Positions 1 to 10,060 are shown, counted from the stretch's first letter. The stretch: 27,113 nt of DNA from Campylobacterales bacterium (GCA_038205935.1 JBBRBK010000025.1:1-27113); one strand, 5' to 3'. Notes: generated by a model from the letters alone, not told the origin. Translations and numbers: made by a program.

Positions 1-59
1 TCTATAGTCTATACATTAAGTATAGATTGTTACGCTTTGAATCTTTAAGGAGGCTATAT

Positions 60-1559
60 ATGGAAAATCGTCCATTAGAGTATGACTATACAGTTGCTAA
101 GATGTTCATGCTTACAACAGTGCTTTTAGGAGCTGTGGGTATGCTTATCGGTGTAATTTTGGCTTCGGAAATGGCTTTTCCTGGTGTTAATACAATGCTT
201 GGAAGTTTAGGTCTGAACGAATACACAAATTTTAGTCGTTTGCGTCCGTTACATACGGATAGTGTTATTTTTGGTTTTACGTTAAGTGGTATTTTTGCTA
301 CTTGGTATTACGTTGGTCAACGTGTATTGAAAGTCTCAATGGCAGAGTCTAAGTTACTAATGTTTCTTGGAAAAATGCATTTCTGGCTATATATATTAGT
401 TGTTGCAGCTGCTGTTGTATCTTTATTTATGGGCATTACAAGCTCAAAAGAATATGCAGAATTTGAATGGCCGATAGACATTGCCGTTGTTGTCGTATGG
501 GTAACATGGGGTCTTGGTATTTTTGGTCTTATTGGTATTCGTCGTGAAAGATCTTTATATATTTCAATTTGGTACTATATTGCTACTTTCTTAGGTGTTG
601 CTATGCTTTACCTATTTAACAATATGGAAATCCCTACTATACTTGCGACATCACCAGCTGGTGAAACAAATATTGGCGCATGGTATCACTCGATTTCAAT
701 GTACTCAGGTACAAATGATGCTCTAGTTCAATGGTGGTATGGTCATAATGCAGTTGCATTTGGTTTTACAGTGCCTATCGTTGCCATGATCTACTATTTT
801 CTACCAAAAGAATCTGGTCAAGCGGTTTATTCATATAAACTTTCTTTACTCTCTTTTTGGGGATTAATGTTTGTTTATTTATGGGCAGGTGGACACCACT
901 TACTTTTCTCTACTGTTCCAGACTGGATGCAAACTATGGGATCTGTTTTCTCAGTAGTTCTTATCTTGCCTTCATGGGGCTCTGCGATCAACATGCTTCT
1001 AACAATGAAGGGTGAGTGGCAACAAGTTGCAACGTCTCCATTGATTAAGTTTATGGTTTTAGCTTCTACTTTCTATATGTTCTCAACATTAGAGGGACCA
1101 ATTCAAGCTATCAAATCTGTAAATGCGATTGCACATTTTACTGACTGGATCGTTGGTCACGTACATGATGGAACTCTTGGATGGGTTGGATTTATGATTA
1201 TGGCAGCTCTATTTCATATGGCTCCACGTGTATTTAAACGTGAACTATATTCTAAATCATTGATGGGAACACAGTTCTGGATTCAAACTTTAGGTGTTGT
1301 TTTATACTTCACTTCTATGTGGATCGCTGGTATAACACAAGGTATGATGTGGCGTGCTCACGATGAATATGGTAACTTAGCTTACTCATTTATCGATACA
1401 GTAACAGCTCTTCACCCTTACTATACAATCCGTGCTGTCGGTGGTCTTTTATATCTAATAGGTTTCTTTATGTTTGCTTATAACATTTATAAAACTATGA
1501 CATCAGGTCGTCGTGTTGAAGAGAGCGAGTTACAAAGCGCTTCTCCTATGGCAGCATAG
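60..1559 (+). CDS. ccoN: cbb3-type cytochrome c oxidase subunit I
   Basis: Polytopic membrane protein with the CcoN motifs RLRPLHT, QWWYGHNAV, WAGGHHL and HFTDWIVGHVH. Start moved from TTG 27 to ATG 60, which follows the SD AAGGAGG. Confidence 0.97.
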   Translation: MENRPLEYDYTVAKMFMLTTVLLGAVGMLIGVILASEMAFPGVNTMLGSLGLNEYTNFSRLRPLHTDSVIFGFTLSGIFATWYYVGQRVLKVSMAESKLLMFLGKMHFWLYILVVAAAVVSLFMGITSSKEYAEFEWPIDIAVVVVWVTWGLGIFGLIGIRRERSLYISIWYYIATFLGVAMLYLFNNMEIPTILATSPAGETNIGAWYHSISMYSGTNDALVQWWYGHNAVAFGFTVPIVAMIYYFLPKESGQAVYSYKLSLLSFWGLMFVYLWAGGHHLLFSTVPDWMQTMGSVFSVVLILPSWGSAINMLLTMKGEWQQVATSPLIKFMVLASTFYMFSTLEGPIQAIKSVNAIAHFTDWIVGHVHDGTLGWVGFMIMAALFHMAPRVFKRELYSKSLMGTQFWIQTLGVVLYFTSMWIAGITQGMMWRAHDEYGNLAYSFIDTVTALHPYYTIRAVGGLLYLIGFFMFAYNIYKTMTSGRRVEESELQSASPMAA

Positions 1560-1578
1560 AAAGAGGGGGGAAAATAAT

Positions 1579-2271
1579 ATGTTTCATTGGTTAGAAAAAC
1601 ATCCGTTCTTTTTTGCGGTAGGTGTGTTTGTAGTAATTGCGTTTGCAGGTTTGGTTGAAATACTTCCAAACTTTGCACAAGCATCTCAACCGGTTGTTGG
1701 TACAAAACCATACACCATATTAGAGATGGCAGGGCGTGAAATTTATATTAAAAATAGTTGTAATGCTTGTCATTCACAACTTATTCGTCCGTTTAAGGCT
1801 GAAACAGACCGTTATGGTCACTATTCATTAAGTGGAGAGTATGCTTATGATCGTCCATTCCTTTGGGGCTCAAAACGTATAGGTCCAGATCTTCACCGTG
1901 TTGGTGATTATCGTACGACTGACTGGCATGAAAACCATATGAAAGATCCTGCAGGGGTTGTTCCTGGTTCTATTATGCCAGCTTTCGCTTGGATGTTCAC
2001 AAACTTGGCTGATGTCAATACTGCATATGCAGATCAGTTGACAAATGCACAGTTTTTCAATGTACCATACAATAAACCGGTACCTATGAAAGATGGAACA
2101 ACTTTAACTGTGCCTATGGCAAAATCAGTAGCAGAAGCAAATGCAATGGCATTAGAAGAAGCAAAAGTAATTACAGCTGATATGAAAGATAAAGATGTTC
2201 AAGATATGGTTGCAGCAGGTAAAATCCCTGAAATCGTAGCGTTGATCGCATACTTAAACTGTTTAAAATAG
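1579..2271 (+). CDS. ccoO: cbb3-type cytochrome c oxidase subunit II (monoheme c)
   Basis: N-terminal TM helix, CNACH heme motif, WGSKRIGPDL and SIMP. Start at ATG 1579 after a GAGGGGGG SD. Confidence 0.96.
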   Translation: MFHWLEKHPFFFAVGVFVVIAFAGLVEILPNFAQASQPVVGTKPYTILEMAGREIYIKNSCNACHSQLIRPFKAETDRYGHYSLSGEYAYDRPFLWGSKRIGPDLHRVGDYRTTDWHENHMKDPAGVVPGSIMPAFAWMFTNLADVNTAYADQLTNAQFFNVPYNKPVPMKDGTTLTVPMAKSVAEANAMALEEAKVITADMKDKDVQDMVAAGKIPEIVALIAYLNCLK

Positions 2272-2280
2272 GGGTGTAAG

Positions 2281-2481
2281 GTGGATATTGTTCAACTTCA
2301 AGGGTACGCCTATTTTGGCCTAGTTGTATTTATGGTTGTTATACTTTATAGTTATATTTATCATCTGTACAGTAGTGAAAAAAAGGGGATAAAAGATTTC
2401 GAGAAGTATGGCAATATGGCCTTAAATGATGAGATTGATGATACTCCGGTTGAAAAAATCTCTAAAGATGAAAAAAAATAA
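2281..2481 (+). CDS. ccoQ: cbb3-type cytochrome c oxidase subunit CcoQ
   Basis: 66-aa single-TM protein between ccoO and ccoP, with a GTG start and a YEKY...ALND-like C-terminal motif. Confidence 0.92.
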   Translation: MDIVQLQGYAYFGLVVFMVVILYSYIYHLYSSEKKGIKDFEKYGNMALNDEIDDTPVEKISKDEKK

Positions 2482-2494
2482 GTAGGAGGCATAT

Positions 2495-3445
2495 ATGAAT
2501 AAGCTTTATTTAGCGGGCGTAGCTGTTGTTGCTGCGATGCTAGGTTTTACATATGTTGCGATGGATATCAAGGGTGGTCTTAATGGTGACATAGTCAACA
2601 TGTTGGCTATCGCTGGTGCTATCGTACTTGTAATTGCAACAGTTTTTGTTGTTATTAAATATGTTCGCCAAATGCAATCTGATACGGCAACTGGTGATCT
2701 TGCAGAAGAAAAATGGGATAGTATTGGTGAATATAAAAATCCACTTCCAATGGGATGGGCAATTATATTTTTAGGCACAATGGTTTGGGCAGCATGGTAT
2801 TTTATAGCTGGCTATCCGGTTAATGCATACACCGCAGTTGGCGAGTATAATGAAGATTCAGCAAAAGTAAATGCAAAGTTTGAAGACAAGTATAAAAACT
2901 TATCAGCAGAAGAACTCCATAGTATGGGTGAATCTGTTTTCTTGGTAAACTGTGCACCATGCCACGGCCTTGCAGCTGATGGAATGGATGGAAAAGCAGC
3001 TAATCTTACAAAACGTTTAGAAGCTAAAACTGTTGTATATGTAATTAATCATGGTTCTATGAATAATATCGCAGTATCCATTGACGCTAATGGAACTAAA
3101 ACTACAAGCGCTATGCCTGATCGTAACGGATTGTTCAACTCAGCTACAAATGCATTGATTACAGATGCGGAGATAGAAAAAGTTGCTTCATATGTTGCAA
3201 GCGGGATGAAAGGTGATGGTGCTGATGTTTTTGCTAGTACTTGTTCATCATGTCATGGGGCTGATGGCAAAGGTATGGATATGGTTGCGCCAAACATAGC
3301 TGATTTCACACCTGCTTTTGTTTCAGATATCTTGTCACATGGTAAAAAAGGCGCTATCGGTGCAATGCCAGCGTTTACAAACCTAAATGCTACACAAGTA
3401 AAAGCTGTTTCAACTTATATCACTGATATAAGTAAAGGAGAATAG
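2495..3445 (+). CDS. ccoP: cbb3-type cytochrome c oxidase subunit III (diheme c)
   Basis: WDSIGEYKNPLP motif, two CxxCH motifs (CAPCH, CSSCH) and MP axial-ligand motifs. Confidence 0.95.
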   Translation: MNKLYLAGVAVVAAMLGFTYVAMDIKGGLNGDIVNMLAIAGAIVLVIATVFVVIKYVRQMQSDTATGDLAEEKWDSIGEYKNPLPMGWAIIFLGTMVWAAWYFIAGYPVNAYTAVGEYNEDSAKVNAKFEDKYKNLSAEELHSMGESVFLVNCAPCHGLAADGMDGKAANLTKRLEAKTVVYVINHGSMNNIAVSIDANGTKTTSAMPDRNGLFNSATNALITDAEIEKVASYVASGMKGDGADVFASTCSSCHGADGKGMDMVAPNIADFTPAFVSDILSHGKKGAIGAMPAFTNLNATQVKAVSTYITDISKGE

Positions 3446-3447
3446 TT

Positions 3448-3666
3448 ATGGTAGATAATAATTTCAAAGGTTCTGGTGTATTTTCTCTTGATGGAATTAC
3501 AGGCATGTTAATAGCTACTGTATTGTTACTATCTATCTTGGTTGGTTTAACTATATGGGGCTTGGGTGTTCAACAAGCGAATCAACAAAAGTTTTATAAA
3601 GTTGTTGATGAAAAGTCTATTAAAATGATTGATCCTACAAGCGGTACACACCGTGTATTAAACTAA
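3448..3666 (+). CDS. DUF4006-type small membrane protein, cbb3 accessory (C. jejuni Cj1486c-like)
   Basis: Single TM with the FSLDGITGMLIATVLLLSIL signature, directly after ccoP, SD AAGGAG. Confidence 0.8.
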   Translation: MVDNNFKGSGVFSLDGITGMLIATVLLLSILVGLTIWGLGVQQANQQKFYKVVDEKSIKMIDPTSGTHRVLN

Positions 3667-3676
3667 GGAGTTAGTT

Positions 3677-3766
3677 ATGGATAAAATTTTATCATGGGGA
3701 TTGGTTCTTTTAGCTGCATTTACATTATGGGCAGTTTTTACTCCAAATCACCTTTATATAGGTTAA
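3677..3766 (+). CDS. 29-aa hydrophobic small protein in the cco operon (not in ORF track)
   Basis: Translated by hand as MDKILSWGLVLLAAFTLWAVFTPNHLYIG*. SD AAGGAG at 3665-3670. It fills the gap, and its stop abuts the next TTG start. Confidence 0.8.
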   Translation: MDKILSWGLVLLAAFTLWAVFTPNHLYIG

Positions 3767-4480
3767 TTGAACTTGAATAAGTTTAATAGAGGGCTTTGTG
3801 CCCTCGTCCTTTTATTTTCTACGTTTTCTTCACTTTCTGCAGAGTATTTATATAAAGATGAAGTTTTATTTAACCCTAAATTGACAGAAGATGTCGAAAA
3901 AATGGGAAAAGAACTACATGACAAGACTGGAATCGCTTTACGTTTAGTTGTTGTAAAAGAGTTTGACCAAAATCAAACAATAGTTGAATATGAAAAAAAT
4001 CTTATAAAGAATTTTAATGAGCCAACTATACTTTTAACGTTTTCTGAGTTAAACCAAAAAGTTGATATACTTTGTCGTCCAGAATCTTTATATAAATACT
4101 TTGATAAAAAACAGATTTTATCTCCGACAGCTACTGGGGTTCAAGCATTTTTTATGGCTGTTTTCTTTAGCTCAAGTTTTGATGATTTTAAAAAAAATGC
4201 GACTGACTACGGCGGGTCAATCATTCCTTTGCTTGCTGAACAGTCAAAAGGCAATGAAACGATTAATAAGTATAGCGCTTCACTTTTCAACGGTTATGCA
4301 GATATCGCAGAACAGGTTGCAGAATCAAAAAATGTGAAATTGGAAACTGCTATTGGAAATACAAACCGCTATGCTATTGAGATAGTTAAAATTATATTTT
4401 ATCTAGGTATATTGTCTGGACTTTATTTATATATAAAAAGAAAAATCTATATGAAAAAGAGTGGCAATGAAAAAAAATAG
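3767..4480 (+). CDS. Exported/membrane-anchored hypothetical protein (possibly TPM-domain-like), cco-associated
   Basis: Signal-peptide-like N-terminus and a C-terminal TM followed by a basic tail. Lies between ccoP and fixH/ccoH. Confidence 0.7.
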   Translation: MNLNKFNRGLCALVLLFSTFSSLSAEYLYKDEVLFNPKLTEDVEKMGKELHDKTGIALRLVVVKEFDQNQTIVEYEKNLIKNFNEPTILLTFSELNQKVDILCRPESLYKYFDKKQILSPTATGVQAFFMAVFFSSSFDDFKKNATDYGGSIIPLLAEQSKGNETINKYSASLFNGYADIAEQVAESKNVKLETAIGNTNRYAIEIVKIIFYLGILSGLYLYIKRKIYMKKSGNEKK

Positions 4481-4973
4481 AGGTCTTCAATGGCCTATAG
4501 GCATAGCAATAGCCCTTATGTGTGTTATAGGAATGGGTGCGTGGACGATTGTTGAAACGTCAAAAGAAGGTGTTCAAGAGAGTGATATCTATATGACGAA
4601 TTATCAAGATGCTGATACAGATGCAAACAAGCTTATTAATGCGAAAATCGCTTTTAATAATCAATATAAAATAGAGTATATAAGTAAACAACTTAATGTC
4701 GATGATGCAAAAATAGAATATAAAATCACGTCAAAAGATGGTAAACCGGTTAATGATGCAAAGTTAAAAATTATCATAACAAGACCTCAAGTCCATGACG
4801 AAGATATTACGCTTGAAAATCCAAAGGTGAATGATGGTGTATACAGTTTTGATACTAAACTTCCAGGAATTGGACGATGGGATATTATGGCTTTCGTAGA
4901 AGTAGGACCTTTAAAACGTTACTATAACTTAAAAGTTGATACAAGATTTGATCTTAAACCAGTAGTTTATTAG
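4467..4973 (+). CDS. FixH/CcoH family cbb3 assembly protein
   Basis: N-terminal WPIGI-TM anchor and a periplasmic Ig-like domain (DGKPV..A....TRP....D...GVY....GRW). Alternative GTG start at 4461. Confidence 0.8.
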   Translation: MKKNRGLQWPIGIAIALMCVIGMGAWTIVETSKEGVQESDIYMTNYQDADTDANKLINAKIAFNNQYKIEYISKQLNVDDAKIEYKITSKDGKPVNDAKLKIIITRPQVHDEDITLENPKVNDGVYSFDTKLPGIGRWDIMAFVEVGPLKRYYNLKVDTRFDLKPVVY

Positions 4974-4979
4974 TAGGTT

Positions 4980-7328
4980 ATGCAAACGCAAACCATTATC
5001 TTTCCAACTTCTCGTGCCATTCGGCACGAACTTCTTACACTTCAAAAATCAACTCTCTTTTTACCAAACTATATCACTATGTCAGAGTTCATCGAGCGTG
5101 TCTGCCTTGTTGAGGGATTTAAAAAAATCGACAATGATACTAGAGTTTTACTACTTTTAGAAGCTTCTGATTTTAAAGAGTTTGATGCCTTGCAAATCGA
5201 GAGAAACTTCTTCACTTTTACACAAAATAGCACTTATGTATTTACACTTTTTACTGAGCTTAGCGGAGAAAAAGTTGCGCTTGAAGATTTGGAGTTGGTG
5301 GATACTTATGGTGATTATGAAGAGCACATCTCCATACTAAAAGCCTTACATAGTAGGTATGAAAAACTCTGTATTGAGCGAAAAATCTTTGATCCGATAT
5401 TTTTGGCAAAGTGGTACACGTTTAATGCTGAGTATGTTAGATCCCTCGGCGAAATCAAACTTATTGTTGAAGGCTATCTTACAGCTTTTGAAATAGAAAT
5501 ATTACAAAAGTGTGCCCAAGTCACAAATGTAAAAATAGAACTCACAACTACAAATTTCAATAAAAAAGTAAGAGAGAGATTTGAGTCCTTAGGATTTAAT
5601 CTTGAGAGTGGACAAACATATCTTTTAGACCTTAATTCATCAGAAATTATTGAACAAGAAGATGTAAAAGAAAATAAAAATGTCGAGTGTACTAGTTTTA
5701 GTGAACAGATTTTACAAGTCGCTTTTGTAAAGCAAAAAGTGTATGAATATCTGCAAAGCGGGCTCAAGTGCGAAGAAATCGTTGTGATTTTACCAAATGA
5801 ATCTTTTGCCCCACTTTTAAAGCTTTATGACAAAGAGGGAAATTTCAACTTTGCGATGGGACAAAAATTTTCTCAAACACAAGGTTATATGCACTTAAAT
5901 GCAGTGTGTGAATATATAGAAACTCCAACCGTACAAAACGCTGCGAGACTCAAAAGATACAAATCTGCATTTTATGAAGTGTTATACCCACTTTATTACA
6001 AAAGTATGAAAGAGATAGATTTTGCTGAGTTGATGCAAATATACATAAAAAATTTACATGGTAAGGCACAGAAAAAGATCATAGAAGAAGAACTTTATAG
6101 TTTCGTAAAACTTAAAAATATTTATAATGATCTCAATCTCAAATCAACTCTACATCTTTTTATGCAAAGACTTTCACAAAGTGCGCTTGATGATGTGCGC
6201 GGGGGAAAAATAACCGTTATGGGAGTTTTGGAAAGCCGTCATGTAGATTATAAAGGCGTAATTATTGTAGATTTTAATGATTCAAATGTCCCAAAAAGAA
6301 GTGAAAAAGATCTCTTTTTAAACTCGGATATTCGAGCATTGGCAAACCTTCCAACACAAAATGACAGAGAAAATTTGCAAAAACATTACTATGCGCTACT
6401 GATGAACAGAGCCAACCATGTAAGCATTTCTTATATTAAATCAAGTGCTACAAATCCATCAAGATTTTTAACCGAACTAGGCATCAAAGCAAAAGCGGCT
6501 GAAAATGAACTCGCGTACGCAGCAATACTTCACAAAGCTTTTAAAGAAGAAAAAGAAGAAAAAGATGAAGCGATAATCTTAGAATATGATTTTAGTCGTG
6601 TTAGGCTTTCTGCGACCTCTTTAAAAACATTTTTGGATTGCCCACGAAAATATTATTACAGATATATTATGCATATAAAGCAACATGAAATGCCTCAAGA
6701 TTTCCCAACCGAATATCAAATAGGTTTGGATCTTCACGAAGCACTTAAAAATGTGTATCTAAAGAAATCTGCTTTTAGTGATAAAAAAGAGCTTCATAGT
6801 GAAATCTATAATGAGCTTGAACGCATCTCAGGAATGAGCTCTTTAGAGGCTTGTCAGCTTAAACTTTGGAATAAAAAACTTAACTCTTTTGTGGCAAATG
6901 AGATAGAAAGATTTGCCGAAGGTGTGAAAGTTTTAGAGTGTGAAAAAGAGCTTACATGTAAGTATTTTGGATTTGAGCTTACAGGTCAGATAGACAGGAT
7001 TGACGTCCAAGAAAATGGGCTTTATGTACTTGACTATAAAAGCGGAAAATATCCTACGTACACGGCAAAAACAGTAGAAAAAGCGACAGATTTTCAGCTG
7101 GAGTTTTACTATCTCTTAGCTTCAACACTCGGCAAAGTGGCGGGATGTGGATATTATGATCTTTCTTCTGGAAAAATTATCGATGAAACATTTTTACATG
7201 AGAAGCTTGAACTTCTACAAACTCATATCCAAGAATTGCAAGAGCAAAAAAGTTTTGATTTTTGTAAGACTGAAGATGAGAACAAATGTAAATACTGTGA
7301 ATTCTCAACGCTTTGTGGACGCAACTGA
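4980..7328 (+). CDS. addB: AddB (RexB-type) nuclease subunit of AddAB
   Basis: N-terminal FPTSRA, degenerate helicase motif (VMGVLESR) and a C-terminal PD-(D/E)XK nuclease (GQIDRID, LDYKSG). Fe-S cysteines (DCP ... CKYCEFSTLC). Coupled to addA. Confidence 0.9.
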   Translation: MQTQTIIFPTSRAIRHELLTLQKSTLFLPNYITMSEFIERVCLVEGFKKIDNDTRVLLLLEASDFKEFDALQIERNFFTFTQNSTYVFTLFTELSGEKVALEDLELVDTYGDYEEHISILKALHSRYEKLCIERKIFDPIFLAKWYTFNAEYVRSLGEIKLIVEGYLTAFEIEILQKCAQVTNVKIELTTTNFNKKVRERFESLGFNLESGQTYLLDLNSSEIIEQEDVKENKNVECTSFSEQILQVAFVKQKVYEYLQSGLKCEEIVVILPNESFAPLLKLYDKEGNFNFAMGQKFSQTQGYMHLNAVCEYIETPTVQNAARLKRYKSAFYEVLYPLYYKSMKEIDFAELMQIYIKNLHGKAQKKIIEEELYSFVKLKNIYNDLNLKSTLHLFMQRLSQSALDDVRGGKITVMGVLESRHVDYKGVIIVDFNDSNVPKRSEKDLFLNSDIRALANLPTQNDRENLQKHYYALLMNRANHVSISYIKSSATNPSRFLTELGIKAKAAENELAYAAILHKAFKEEKEEKDEAIILEYDFSRVRLSATSLKTFLDCPRKYYYRYIMHIKQHEMPQDFPTEYQIGLDLHEALKNVYLKKSAFSDKKELHSEIYNELERISGMSSLEACQLKLWNKKLNSFVANEIERFAEGVKVLECEKELTCKYFGFELTGQIDRIDVQENGLYVLDYKSGKYPTYTAKTVEKATDFQLEFYYLLASTLGKVAGCGYYDLSSGKIIDETFLHEKLELLQTHIQELQEQKSFDFCKTEDENKCKYCEFSTLCGRN

Positions 7329-10060
7329 TGTTTAAAAATAAATTGGCTTATGAAGCAAGTGCGGGAAGTGGAAAGACTTTTAATCTGGTCGTGCGATATT
7401 TGAGTTTGCTTTTTATGGGTGCTTCGCCCTCAAGAGTTTTGGCGCTAACATTTACGAATAAAGCCGCTTCGGAGATGCAAGAACGAATCGTCGAAACGCT
7501 TAAAGAGCTTGAAAATAGAGATGAACTTATTGTTATCTCAGAAGTGACTGGAATTTCAAAAGAGCAAATTCTTGCACAAAAGAAAGAGATTTTAGCACAG
7601 TATCTAAATGCAGATGTCAAAATTATGACGCTTGATAAGTTTTTCGCGAAAATACTTAGAAAATTTTCACTCTACGCAGGACTAATGCCAAACTTTACGA
7701 CATTCGCCTCTCAGCATGAGCAAAAACTTTTTGCAAGATTTCTCGACGAAGTTAGTGTCGCTTCAAAAGATGAGACGCTTATAGACCTTTCACTGATGAT
7801 GGACAAACGTGTGAGCGATATTTTTTCACTTCTAAACGAACTCTATGCAAAACTCACAGAGATTAAAAAACTCTCATTTACTTATTCGCCGTACCTTGAG
7901 TATGAGAAAAAAGCGATGGAAGCATTTACCAAAATCCGTGAAATGGTGCTTACATGTAAGGATGCTTCAAGCACGGTAAAAAATGGCGTTGATGCTGAGG
8001 ATTTTGAGAGTTTGTTATCAAAAGCGTGGCTCTCACGAGATTCTTTGGATTATTCGACATTTAAAAAATGTTATCAGCCTTCGATGGATTATGAGTTGGC
8101 TATCGTCAAGGAAAATTGCGCGCTTTATATGCAAGCGCGTGAGCAGAGTTTTTTCAGCTCTTTGTACGCTTTGCTTGATACGTATGTAAAGAGTAAAAAA
8201 GCTTTGGCAAAAGAGATAGGAGAACTTGGATTTGATGATATTTCCGCGCTTGTGCACGAGCTTTTAACAACTCGTGTGGATAGCGAGTTTTTGTATTTTA
8301 GACTTGACTCAAAGATCGAGCATATTTTACTCGATGAGTTTCAAGATACGAGTGTGCTTCAGTATGAGATATTGCGTCCGCTTATCAAAGAGATAACCTC
8401 AGGTCAGGGCTTGCACGAAAACGGCAGTTTCTTTTTTGTCGGCGATGTGAAACAATCTATTTACAGATTTCGTGGAGGCGTGAGTGCGCTTTTTGATTTT
8501 GTAAGACAAGATAATGATGTCGAAGTCGCTTCATTGGTCGTCAATTATCGTTCACAAAAAGAGATTGTAGATTTTGTTAACAGCGCATTTCGTGAGAAGA
8601 TAAAAGGTTACAAAGACCAAAGCGTAAAAGAGAGTGCAAAGGGCGGCTATGTCGAGGTGATAAAAACCGATGATATCCTCCAAACAACGCTGATAAAAGT
8701 GCAAAAACTCATAGAACTCGGAGCAGATATCAACGAGATAGCCATTTTGAGTGCAACCAACGGTGATGGTGGAGAGATCGAAACACAATTGCGACAAAAT
8801 GGTATCGATGTCGTGACGGAGACAACGACAAAACTTATCAACCAAAATGTTGTTAAAGCTTTAATCGAGTATTTAAAATATCTTTATTTTGAGGAAGAAC
8901 TTTACAAACAAAACTTCTTTGCGCTTCTTGGACGCGAAGAAGTTGCCCTTGCAAAACAAGATGTCAGTGCGCTCTCACTAAGAGAAATAGTCAAAGATGC
9001 CATAGATAGATATGCCCTTTTTGATGGCGAATTTCATCTGCTTCGTTTTATGGAGATGCTTGGATCTTATGATGATATAGAACAGTTTTTATTTGAATAT
9101 GAAAGAGATGATACGACCGCCGCGGCTTCTGACTTAAACGGTGTTCGAGTTTTAACGGTTCATAAATCCAAAGGGCTTGAATATGAACATGTCATCGTGA
9201 TGGACAGACTTAAAAAAGCACCGGCTTCACGCGCGCCAATCATCTATGAATATGATGGTATTGAACTTAAAAATATCTATCTTCGTATGAGCGGACGTGA
9301 CGCACTTGATGCCTCGTATGCAAGAGCGTTAGAAAAAGATAAAGAACTAAGTTCAGAGGATAATCTTAACGCGCTTTATGTAGCATTTACAAGAGCAAGA
9401 GAAAACCTTTTTGTGGTCGCTAAAGAGAAAGACTCCACATTCGCTCAGCTTGATCTTGCCGCAGCGAGCTATGGAGATTTACATGTAAAACAAAAAGAGG
9501 CGAAGAAAAAAGAGAAGAGTGAACCATTTTCATACAGAGCCCAATATTACGGAACGCAAAGCGATATTCTCGCCGTGGCAAAAGAGCAAGAAGAGGATCT
9601 TCGAGCGATTAATTTTGGTTTGGCACTTCATTATCATTTAGAGATGATGTACTCTTTTGAGATGGAGAGTGTGCAAAAAGCTTACGGCGCAATGCTCAAC
9701 AGATATGGCTCTCTTTTGGATGAAGATGAGCTTATAAGTATCCAAAAACGAGTGAAAATGCTTTTAGAAAATAAAGAGTTTTTAGCACTTACAGAGGGAA
9801 AATGTATGCGAGAAAAAGCGATGCTCATAAATGGAGAACTTAGATATATGGACTTGCTTATAGAGCGAGAAGATGGTGGATACAACATCATCGATTACAA
9901 AAGCTCAGAGCATCTTAGTGACTTGCATGTAAAGCAAGTGAGAGGCTACATAAAAGCAGTTGGAAACATTACATGCGAAGTGCCTCGCGGGTGCAAAGAG
10001 GTTAAAGGGATTCTTTGTTATCTTCGAGATGACAAAATTTTACTGAAAGTTGTAAACTAG
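7328..10060 (+). CDS. addA: AddA (RecB-like) helicase-nuclease
   Basis: Walker A ASAGSGKT, LTFTNKAA, LLDEFQDT, VGDVKQSIYRFRG, TVHKSKGLE, YVAFTRA and a C-terminal IIDYKS nuclease. TGATG overlap with the addB stop. Confidence 0.93.
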   Translation: MFKNKLAYEASAGSGKTFNLVVRYLSLLFMGASPSRVLALTFTNKAASEMQERIVETLKELENRDELIVISEVTGISKEQILAQKKEILAQYLNADVKIMTLDKFFAKILRKFSLYAGLMPNFTTFASQHEQKLFARFLDEVSVASKDETLIDLSLMMDKRVSDIFSLLNELYAKLTEIKKLSFTYSPYLEYEKKAMEAFTKIREMVLTCKDASSTVKNGVDAEDFESLLSKAWLSRDSLDYSTFKKCYQPSMDYELAIVKENCALYMQAREQSFFSSLYALLDTYVKSKKALAKEIGELGFDDISALVHELLTTRVDSEFLYFRLDSKIEHILLDEFQDTSVLQYEILRPLIKEITSGQGLHENGSFFFVGDVKQSIYRFRGGVSALFDFVRQDNDVEVASLVVNYRSQKEIVDFVNSAFREKIKGYKDQSVKESAKGGYVEVIKTDDILQTTLIKVQKLIELGADINEIAILSATNGDGGEIETQLRQNGIDVVTETTTKLINQNVVKALIEYLKYLYFEEELYKQNFFALLGREEVALAKQDVSALSLREIVKDAIDRYALFDGEFHLLRFMEMLGSYDDIEQFLFEYERDDTTAAASDLNGVRVLTVHKSKGLEYEHVIVMDRLKKAPASRAPIIYEYDGIELKNIYLRMSGRDALDASYARALEKDKELSSEDNLNALYVAFTRARENLFVVAKEKDSTFAQLDLAAASYGDLHVKQKEAKKKEKSEPFSYRAQYYGTQSDILAVAKEQEEDLRAINFGLALHYHLEMMYSFEMESVQKAYGAMLNRYGSLLDEDELISIQKRVKMLLENKEFLALTEGKCMREKAMLINGELRYMDLLIEREDGGYNIIDYKSSEHLSDLHVKQVRGYIKAVGNITCEVPRGCKEVKGILCYLRDDKILLKVVN

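Noticed and set aside
27..59. Longer N-termini given by the track (ccoN 27, ccoO 1513, addA 7313, rplM 10134, 17314, 18113)
   Set aside because: Downstream ATGs have better SD spacing, stop-start coupling or family-typical N-termini.
1565..1570. G6 tract as a phase-variation site
   Set aside because: Too short, intergenic, and explained as the ccoO ribosome-binding site.
4980..10060. Helicase-nuclease pair as a novel anti-phage defence system
   Set aside because: Motifs, Fe-S cysteines and position next to rplM match the housekeeping AddAB of this phylum.
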